Positions 8,990 through 16,339 of a stretch of 53,686 nt of DNA are shown here, piece after piece (the first letter of the stretch is position 1; each line of letters begins with the position of its first letter). A model generated the notes under the pieces. It saw only the letters and a program-made list of their open reading frames with translations. It was not told the origin of the DNA and did no database searches. The stretch is from NCBI GenBank assembly GCA_043819555.1, contig JBDREQ010000010.1:1-53686 (forward strand), in the 5' to 3' direction. Made by a program: the position numbers and the translations under genes. The DNA is from Candidatus Zixiibacteriota bacterium. GTDB lineage: Bacteria; Zixibacteria; MSB-5A5; GN15; JAAZOE01.

Positions 8990-10316
8990 ACGAGACAAAA
9001 TTTTCTATTTCGCCTGTGGGCTTTGCTGTATCGGCGTGGCACTGGCGGTTATGGACTACGAATTTGCATTGCTATTATTCGTCGTCGCCTATTTGCTCCG
9101 TCCTGCACTTCATGAGTTTGGGATTGCCAGGCAGTACGCCGACGAACGTCAACTTACGATTCACTCCCGTTCAGGCAATATCGGGTTTGTTGTTGTGATG
9201 CTGGCGGCAGTGGGTTTTGCTCTTTGGCGAATCTCTCGAGGACAATACCCGGAAGAACTATACGAATTGATCTTCCTCGGCCTCGCGGCCAAGGCAATTA
9301 CGGGGCTAATAATGGTTGGCGAGTATCGGAAAGCCGGCGTTGTGATAATAAGTGCCGTAGGCGTATTCCTGTCATTGTTCATAATCGCTGAAGGTGGGTT
9401 CTCTGTCGCTTCGATCGTCGGACTTGTTGTTGGGGGAGTGATTGTGGGATTTGGCCAGTTGGCACGTAGATTCCCAAAGGCAATAGCTTTCTTTCTTGCC
9501 GCAGTCGCAATTTTGGCGATTCTCCTATTCGATCTTTACGATTTTCGGACCGTAGGTACGGGCCTGTGGTTGTTCTTCATAGCGCCAGTAATAACCGCAT
9601 CAACCTGCTTATTTCTCGGAAGAGGGGATCAGGAGGAGGAAGTGTCTCCCCGACTCAGAGCATCTGTCTTTGGAACTCTGGGAGCAGGCGCGGCAGTGGT
9701 CTTTATATTGCTCATGATTTTTGGTGGTCGGAATGAACCAGTTACGAGTCGGGTCGTAGCTGCACCGGAAGGAGAAGTAGTAGAAATTCAGGGCATTTCC
9801 TGCGTGGGCTCGGTCGAGTACTACCAGGACGGGAAATTGACATCATGCACGTTAGGACTCGAAGACACACTGTCCGGGCAGCCGCTTCCGGCCGGAACTG
9901 TCATTCATTTAACCCCTGAAGGTTACTTCGACTGGTGCTTTCTCCAGCAGAATACGGAAATCCAGGGGCATCTTTGCAGAGGGGAAAGTCATGGATTCAT
10001 GACTGGTTTTCATCCGAATGGACAACTCAAGACTGCCTGGCTGGCACAAGATGAAGTTATACAGGGGATTCCTTGCGCCAAATTCAAGTTTCTATCTGCT
10101 GTGATGGGATGGATAGAAGGCAGTGGCAAAGATGGCAGCACTAGATTTCATGAAAACGGACTACTTAGATACTGCGCACTTTCGGAAAATTTCACTATTG
10201 AAGAGCAGAGATTCAGAAGAGGGGATGTGGTAAGATTTGATCGTGATGGAAAGTTAGTCGGAGACAAGAAGAAGGCGACAATTTCGAGTCGCCGTGTACC
10301 GACGGATTATCGTTAA
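8982..10316 (+). CDS. Membrane protein (paralog of 8124..8813 N-terminus) with C-terminal MORN/YwqK-like repeats
   Basis: MFKRD..AYLLRP..DERQLTIHSRSGNI shared with the upstream gene; repeated F/Y-H-x-NG-x-L units. Confidence 0.75.
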   Translation: MFKRDKIFYFACGLCCIGVALAVMDYEFALLLFVVAYLLRPALHEFGIARQYADERQLTIHSRSGNIGFVVVMLAAVGFALWRISRGQYPEELYELIFLGLAAKAITGLIMVGEYRKAGVVIISAVGVFLSLFIIAEGGFSVASIVGLVVGGVIVGFGQLARRFPKAIAFFLAAVAILAILLFDLYDFRTVGTGLWLFFIAPVITASTCLFLGRGDQEEEVSPRLRASVFGTLGAGAAVVFILLMIFGGRNEPVTSRVVAAPEGEVVEIQGISCVGSVEYYQDGKLTSCTLGLEDTLSGQPLPAGTVIHLTPEGYFDWCFLQQNTEIQGHLCRGESHGFMTGFHPNGQLKTAWLAQDEVIQGIPCAKFKFLSAVMGWIEGSGKDGSTRFHENGLLRYCALSENFTIEEQRFRRGDVVRFDRDGKLVGDKKKATISSRRVPTDYR

Positions 10317-10387
10317 CGACTGACTGAAACGCCCGCATGTGAGGTGATCCGGCGGCGGCCATTCTGAAAACATGAGAGGAGTTCTTT

Positions 10388-11515
10388 ATGAAACGTATCA
10401 CTCAATTTCTGGTGGATGATCTGCTGCAAAGCCTGGTTGCCCGGCTCTTTGGGGCTGTAGCAATCATCATCGTATGCAGTGGTGTTGCTTTAAGCGGCGA
10501 TATCCAATCGGGCGCCGCAGTTGCTAAGGCGTACCAACTGCGGCTGGACGGCAAGGTGGACGAGGCAAAAACTATGCTTAATGATCACATCACCGCAAAC
10601 CCCGCAGATGCCGCCGGGTACTATGAACTTGCCAGAGTGTATTACTATATGGGTCCCGGAGATATTAAGAATATCCAAAGCACTATCGAAAGTGGTGAGA
10701 AATCAATTCAGAAAGCCGTAGAGCTTGATCCCGGCAATCCTGTCTATCAGTACTTTGCCGCCCGAGTGGCATTCTTCAAGGCATACATGGCTATGCAAAG
10801 CGATGAAGAACACGCCAAGGAACATGTGGCGGCAATCTGTCTCGCTTATGAGGCAGTCCTCGAATCGAAACCTGATTACGGTGAACCAATTCTGAATCTC
10901 ATTGAGCTATATGGTGGTTTGCCGGAGGAATTGGGCCGGGATACGGCTAAGGCAGCTCAATTCGAAGCGAGACTACAGGTCATTGACCCTGTTCTTGCGG
11001 GCAAAGGACATTGCATAATGATGCCCGATGACTTTGATCGGATTGCTTACTGGAAGGATATGGCAAAGCAGCACCCGGGAAATATGCAGGTACTTGAAGA
11101 ATTGGGGAAAACATGTCTCAGGGAAGGCAAAACCGATCAGGGCGTGGACTATCTCAAGAACGTCATGGACGCTGAGCCTTCCAATTCAGTTCTCTATCTG
11201 GTCATTGCTAATCATCACATCATGAACGTCTGGCAAGACGAGCAAGCCAAGGGGAAATCGATTCCGTTGGCGATACAAGCCGTCAATGGCTTCCTGGCTA
11301 CCAAGCCAATCGCGCCATTGAAGGCCTACGCCCTCGGCATATTGGCAAAACTCAATTACGCTCAGGAGAAGAAAGCTGAAGGTGACAAATGCTTTGAGGA
11401 AGCCAAAGCGACCGATGCTTATTTCTCAAAGGCATCCGGCATCCCGTTGGCTGATCTGTTCGTTCCACCGGGAGAGATATCACACAATCACAGGTTTCTA
11501 TTTCAGCCATTCTAG
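10388..11515 (+). CDS. Secreted/membrane-anchored TPR-repeat protein
   Basis: N-terminal hydrophobic segment; helical repeats such as YYELARVYY and KAVELDPGN. Confidence 0.75.
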   Translation: MKRITQFLVDDLLQSLVARLFGAVAIIIVCSGVALSGDIQSGAAVAKAYQLRLDGKVDEAKTMLNDHITANPADAAGYYELARVYYYMGPGDIKNIQSTIESGEKSIQKAVELDPGNPVYQYFAARVAFFKAYMAMQSDEEHAKEHVAAICLAYEAVLESKPDYGEPILNLIELYGGLPEELGRDTAKAAQFEARLQVIDPVLAGKGHCIMMPDDFDRIAYWKDMAKQHPGNMQVLEELGKTCLREGKTDQGVDYLKNVMDAEPSNSVLYLVIANHHIMNVWQDEQAKGKSIPLAIQAVNGFLATKPIAPLKAYALGILAKLNYAQEKKAEGDKCFEEAKATDAYFSKASGIPLADLFVPPGEISHNHRFLFQPF

Positions 11516-11583
11516 TTCCAGACATTTTGTCACTGATGCTTTTGGAGGCGATAATAGACTTTTTGACTCGAAAATAAGCTTAG

Positions 11584-11665
11584 AAAAACGGTCACAATTT
11601 GGTCACAACAGAGTGTAAGTTCTTGTGCCACAACGCGAGTATGGGGTTCGATTCCCCCTACCTCT
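11584..11665 (+). repeat. attR-like half site (left arm plus core only), copy 4, ending the array
   Basis: AAAAACGGTCACAATTTGGTCACAA..GTAAGTTCTTGTGCCACAACGCGAGTATGGGGTTCGATTCCCCCTACCTC; homology to copies 1-3 stops right after the core. Confidence 0.85.
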
Positions 11666-11729
11666 ATTTTATCGTGCCGTGTAGATTTATATAGATTAAT
11701 AAAATAATTATTCAAACAGAAGAGAGTAA

Positions 11730-12365
11730 TTATTTATTTGATAATAAAGCGGCAATGACAGTGTGCGTTCCGAATTTGCCGGGAATTTCAACTGTGTTCA
11801 TCTCAATAATATTGAAAAAAGGCTTATACAATTCTCTCAATTCCAGCTCAGAAGAAAAATACAGGGTCGTTCCCAGGGGAGTCTCTCGATATTTTTCCGA
11901 AGTACCGAATGATTTATCTTCTTCACTGAAACAGACACTGAAATATTGGCCGTTTGCTTTCAATAATTTAAAGACATTTTCGATATATTTCGGCCTGTCC
12001 TTGGGGAAGATATGATGCAATACCTCCCAATCCATAGCCAAATCAAAGCCATTATGAAATTCCTTCAAATCACCCAGAAGATTGCGGGCGAAAAATTGGC
12101 ATTTTGTACCGGATTTTTCGGCCTGCTTTTTCGCATACAATATTGCCTCAGAGCTGATATCTATTCCGGTGACATCGAATCTATTCTGAGCAAGCCAGAT
12201 CGAATAATTGCCAGCTCCGCATCCCAAATCAACAATTTTGCCGGGTTTGATTTTTTCGGAATCAATAAGATTAATCAACAACTTGGGCGGGCTGGAAATG
12301 TTCCATGGAATTTTCTCAAGCGGAATATCCCGATAAATTTTATCCATCTGGTCACGAATATTCAA
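11730..12365 (-). CDS. Class I SAM-dependent methyltransferase (TPMT/TehB-like)
   Basis: VDLGCGAG motif [10 protein letters not shown]-terminal IPW motif. Confidence 0.9.
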   Translation of the reverse strand: MNIRDQMDKIYRDIPLEKIPWNISSPPKLLINLIDSEKIKPGKIVDLGCGAGNYSIWLAQNRFDVTGIDISSEAILYAKKQAEKSGTKCQFFARNLLGDLKEFHNGFDLAMDWEVLHHIFPKDRPKYIENVFKLLKANGQYFSVCFSEEDKSFGTSEKYRETPLGTTLYFSSELELRELYKPFFNIIEMNTVEIPGKFGTHTVIAALLSNK

Positions 12366-12525
12366 ACTGCTTTATCGCCTTTCACTTCCATTTATAACGC
12401 CTAATTTGTTAATAATCAAGACCAATAAACGCGCCCAAAAATAAATTTTGGAAGTTTACTCATGCCCGCTTATATTGCGCTCCAAATTAATTCCTTACGC
12501 TTATCAGGATTATGAGGTGGTATAT

Positions 12526-13743
12526 ATGAGCGAGGCGATTGCAAATAATCTTCCCCTAAAGGGATACCGAATTCTCGATCTGTCCCGCATCCTGGCAGGG
12601 CCATATTGCACAATGATATTGGGCGACCAGGGAGCAGAAGTAATCAAAGTGGAACGCCCCGGTTCGGGAGATGATACCCGCACCTGGGGACCTCCCTTCA
12701 GCGGCGGTGAAAGCGCTTACTATCTTTGTTGTAATCGAAATAAAAAATCAATCGTGATTGATTTGAAAACCGAAGCCGGTTTGGAGATAATCCGCGAGAT
12801 GGCAACCCAATCTGATGTATTTGTTGAGAATTTCACTCCCGGACTATCAAAGAAATTCGGGCTCGATTATGAGACACTGCACAAATTAAACCCGCGTTTG
12901 GTCTATGTCTCTATTTCGGCATACGGTCAGGACGGTCCTTATCGAGACCGGCCGGGATATGACATGGTTTTGTCGGCAGTCGGCGGTTTGATGTTTATAA
13001 CCGGTGAGCGCGACGGCAATCCCTGCAAAGTCGGCGTTGCCATTACCGATGTTTTAACGGGAGTTTATGCGTCGGGCGCGATAACCTCGGCCTTATTATG
13101 GAGGGAGCGATCGGGTAAGGGGCAGCATCTCGATATCAGTCTTCTCGATGTACAAGTCTCTGGATTGGCTAACATCGCCAGCAATTATCTTGTATCCGGC
13201 AAAGAGGCGACGCGCTGGGGAACAGCTCATGAATCAATAATTCCTTATCAGGTTTTTTCTGCCAAGGATCGTCCAATCGCGATCGCGGTAGCCAATCAAA
13301 AGCTGTGGGTTAATTTTTGCAAAGCGGTCGGAAAAAAAGAATGGCTCGATGACCAACGGTTTGAATCGAACCCGAAACGCGTTGAAAACCGCGAAATACT
13401 TCTTCCTCTCGTTCATGAATTATTCTCGACAAAAACGTGTGATGAATGGATGGAAATACTGGTAGGAGCGGCCATACCCTGCGGCCCGGTCAATGATATG
13501 GAGCATTTATTTGCCGATCCCCAGGTTAAGCATCGAGGCATGATAGCCGAGCTGCCGCATCCGACTATAGGTAATTTGAAATTGACGGGAATACCGATTA
13601 AGTACAGTGAAACGCCGGGTCAGATTAGAATGCACCCGCCTCTTCTGGGCGAGCATACCGACGAAGTTTTGAGAGATGTTCTTGGTTATTCATCTGAGAA
13701 AATTGAGGAATTGAGAAAGAAAGGCGCGATTGTTCAGAAATAA
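12526..13743 (+). CDS. CoA-transferase family III (CaiB/BaiF)
   Basis: PLKGYRILDLSRILAGPYCTMILGDQGAEVIKVE; RNKKS; PGYD; PPLLGEHT. ATG 12526 follows GAGGTGG. Confidence 0.95.
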   Translation: MSEAIANNLPLKGYRILDLSRILAGPYCTMILGDQGAEVIKVERPGSGDDTRTWGPPFSGGESAYYLCCNRNKKSIVIDLKTEAGLEIIREMATQSDVFVENFTPGLSKKFGLDYETLHKLNPRLVYVSISAYGQDGPYRDRPGYDMVLSAVGGLMFITGERDGNPCKVGVAITDVLTGVYASGAITSALLWRERSGKGQHLDISLLDVQVSGLANIASNYLVSGKEATRWGTAHESIIPYQVFSAKDRPIAIAVANQKLWVNFCKAVGKKEWLDDQRFESNPKRVENREILLPLVHELFSTKTCDEWMEILVGAAIPCGPVNDMEHLFADPQVKHRGMIAELPHPTIGNLKLTGIPIKYSETPGQIRMHPPLLGEHTDEVLRDVLGYSSEKIEELRKKGAIVQK

Positions 13744-13749
13744 ATATTT

Positions 13750-14592
13750 CTAAGTAATGATCCGATGCGGATGGGTAAATATTGTTGCCCGTGTTTCCCG
13801 CACGAAGGCGCACAGGGTAATATTGCATTTTTGAGCCACTTCAATCGCCATAGATGTCGGCGCTGATACAGCCGCAATGATTTCAATCCCCGGCCGGGCA
13901 CAGCGGCTGACCATCTCGAGGCTAAGACGGCTGGTCAGGGCAATTCCCATTCCGGAAGTATCCCACCCGCTTAACAGGCATTTGCCAATGGCCTTGTCCA
14001 ATGCGTTATGACGGCCAGTATCCTCGGCAAAAGTAATAATTTCCCCCTGGCCATTAAACAATGCCGCCCCATGCGTTCCCCCGCTGGCATTGAATAATTC
14101 CTGTCTTTCACGAATTTTTTTGTATACGGAAGGCATGATATCCGCTTTTATTTTCAATTTATTACCAACTTCAGGCAAAGATTCAATTCGCTTTTTAAGA
14201 TTTTCACTTCCGCATGCCCCGCATGAAGAGACAATCATCAGGTTGCGCCCTTCGTCCCCGATATGGGGAACATCACCGGCCAGCCGGATACGAATCGTAT
14301 TGGGATCATCTTCACATTCTTTTATAATCGTGATCTCTTTGATGCTATCAATGATACCTTCAGTAAAGAGAAAACCGACGGCCAGAGCGTGGCTATCGGT
14401 CGGGGTGCAAAGAATAGTATAATCTTCGATGCCCTCGACATCAATTGTCATGGGGGATTCTTTGACAACACAGACATCTTCCGTATTGACCGGAACATCC
14501 TTATCGGCCGTCGATATACGGCTGGCTTGAACATATTTCAGCGTGTCAGGTTTTTTATCTGATTTATCCATGGCAGGGTTTCCTGATTCCAT
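13750..14592 (-). CDS. fdhD: Formate dehydrogenase accessory sulfurtransferase FdhD
   Basis: SSCGACG; GGTHGAA; EDTGRHNALDKAIG; VSAPTSMA. Confidence 0.93.
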   Translation of the reverse strand: MESGNPAMDKSDKKPDTLKYVQASRISTADKDVPVNTEDVCVVKESPMTIDVEGIEDYTILCTPTDSHALAVGFLFTEGIIDSIKEITIIKECEDDPNTIRIRLAGDVPHIGDEGRNLMIVSSCGACGSENLKKRIESLPEVGNKLKIKADIMPSVYKKIRERQELFNASGGTHGAALFNGQGEIITFAEDTGRHNALDKAIGKCLLSGWDTSGMGIALTSRLSLEMVSRCARPGIEIIAAVSAPTSMAIEVAQKCNITLCAFVRETRATIFTHPHRIIT

Positions 14593-14641
14593 AGATTAAT
14601 GGATTGTCGATATCTATCGTGAACCAATCAATCGTCTATAA

Positions 14642-15607
14642 TCAATGAGGCGGTAAAAGCCCGATACCCGGCTTTGGCTCTTTTGGCCGGTGTATGCGCC
14701 GGAAAGCAAATCCCGCAATATTAAGAGTCGGTAACGCGCCGCAAATCAAGACTGCTTGCCGGAGAATCAGTCCGCCAATTAATCCCAAAACGGCTCCGAT
14801 GGCAAGCATTGCTGTCATACCGCTTTCGCTTGAGGCTAAAATGGAATAATAAGCAATCAGCATCAGTATTAGCGGAGCCGCCAGACCAAGAATAAAATAA
14901 CCTACGACAAACATGGTCTTCTTCAGAATTCTCTCAGCCGATTCGCGCGGATCGGGCTGCCGGAAAGCCGCCTGAAGGAAAAATAATATTGCCAGAACTT
15001 CTATTACGACGAGAGCAATTCCCTCAAGAGCCATAGTTTGTAAACCGGCGGCAATGGCGACGGTTTCGCCCGTCAATATCATCCCCAGCATCACGGCGAA
15101 ATGACCGGTTACGGTGGCCGAAACGACAAAGACAACCGGAACTATGCCCGAACGCCAGAAGGGAATCCCTTTGGAAGCGCTCAGCAGGATACCGGTATAT
15201 GCCATCGTTCCAATGGCGAAGACAATACCAGCAATTGAGAGGGCTTGAATACCGACCGTGTTTCCGACATCGGTGAATTGATGGAGAATTAGATGGGCAA
15301 AAGAAATCAATATAAAGGTAAAGATAATCCAGGTTCCTCGAGCGATCCAGGAAGTACCGGGTTTCATGCCCGCTAAAACGGCTCGTGTCGGCGAGCCCAA
15401 ATCGGCAATCAGGAATAGCGATCCGAGCATAATAGCCGGGAAGCTGATCCACAATCCAATCGTTGTCGATAACCCAAGGCCATCTCCCATAAAACTATTA
15501 ATGGCGGCGATTGTATAGGCTCCTCCCGCGACACCTCCGAGGAACAAATAGGCTGCGATAAGCCAACCCCATTCGCGCTGCATTTGACCATTAACTTTCG
15601 GATCCAT
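14642..15607 (-). CDS. NrfD/PsrC-family membrane anchor subunit
   Basis: WGWLIAAYLFLGGVAGG; DLGSP; SWIARG; YTGILL..IPFW. Confidence 0.92.
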   Translation of the reverse strand: MDPKVNGQMQREWGWLIAAYLFLGGVAGGAYTIAAINSFMGDGLGLSTTIGLWISFPAIMLGSLFLIADLGSPTRAVLAGMKPGTSWIARGTWIIFTFILISFAHLILHQFTDVGNTVGIQALSIAGIVFAIGTMAYTGILLSASKGIPFWRSGIVPVVFVVSATVTGHFAVMLGMILTGETVAIAAGLQTMALEGIALVVIEVLAILFFLQAAFRQPDPRESAERILKKTMFVVGYFILGLAAPLILMLIAYYSILASSESGMTAMLAIGAVLGLIGGLILRQAVLICGALPTLNIAGFAFRRIHRPKEPKPGIGLLPPH

Positions 15608-15664
15608 TTTATATCTCCCTAATAATTGTCGTTTGTTTCCATCACGTATATTAATCCCTCGAAA

Positions 15665-16339
15665 TTATCTCGGGAAGAGGTAATAAACTTTGGGCTTGTT
15701 TCCGAATTCGGGATTGAGCACCTGGCCTCTTTCCTTTTTAATTAAAACTGAAATTTCACTGTCGGGATCATTCAAGTCTCCGAATATACGGGCTTTGGCT
15801 GGACAGGTTTGAACGCAGGCTGGTTGTTTGTCTTCGGCTATTCTCTCCCTGCAGAAATCGCATTTCGTGGCCGTGCCGACGCCCGATTTTTTTATCCATT
15901 CCCTCTTTTGAAAAATTTCAAGAGGAGAAAGTTCAAGGCCATCGGGGAAATAGCTTTCCCATTTCTCTACGCTATATCGGGCGCCATAGGGACAACCCAT
16001 GATGCAGTATTTGCATCCCATGCATTTGTCTTTATCGACAATGACGATGCCGTTTTCAAGTTGCTGAGTGGCGCCGGTTGGACAGACTTCCATGCACGAC
16101 GGTTCTTCGCACTGCATACATAGAACCGGCAGAGCCTGACGGACGGCATTGGGGAATTTACCAACTTCACTCATCAGAACCCGCGCCCAGAAAACTCCCG
16201 GCGGAGTGTGATTTGATGTCTTACAGGCCATACTGCAGGCATAGCAGCCATAACACCGTTTCAGGTCAATGACCATGCCGTACTGAGTAACGCCTGCCTT
16301 CGATTTCTTCAGTTGTGCTACTTCCTGGTTCATGGTCAA
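15665..16339 (-). CDS. 4Fe-4S dicluster electron-transfer subunit (DmsB/NrfC/PsrB-like)
   Basis: CYGCYACSMAC; CMQCEEPSCMEVCP; CMGCKYCIMGCP; KCDFC..PACVQTCP. Confidence 0.95.
   Translation of the reverse strand: MTMNQEVAQLKKSKAGVTQYGMVIDLKRCYGCYACSMACKTSNHTPPGVFWARVLMSEVGKFPNAVRQALPVLCMQCEEPSCMEVCPTGATQQLENGIVIVDKDKCMGCKYCIMGCPYGARYSVEKWESYFPDGLELSPLEIFQKREWIKKSGVGTATKCDFCRERIAEDKQPACVQTCPAKARIFGDLNDPDSEISVLIKKERGQVLNPEFGNKPKVYYLFPR

Larger units (their letters stand above)
297..11665. mobile_element. Tandem array of integrase-less cassettes/islets bounded by tmRNA-type att sites
   Basis: Three full junctions plus a terminal half site, with unrelated cargo between them and no recombinase ORF. 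Confidence 0.7.

Noticed and set aside
8555..8998. 147-aa minus-strand ORF with repeats
   Set aside because: Antisense to a membrane gene and to the decayed HTH; its repeat comes from the 42-bp duplication.
297..11665. CRISPR array or classical integron attC array
   Set aside because: Units are ~220 bp with kb-scale gene-bearing spacers. I saw no RYYYAAC/GTTRRRY-bounded palindrome, and there is no cas or intI gene.
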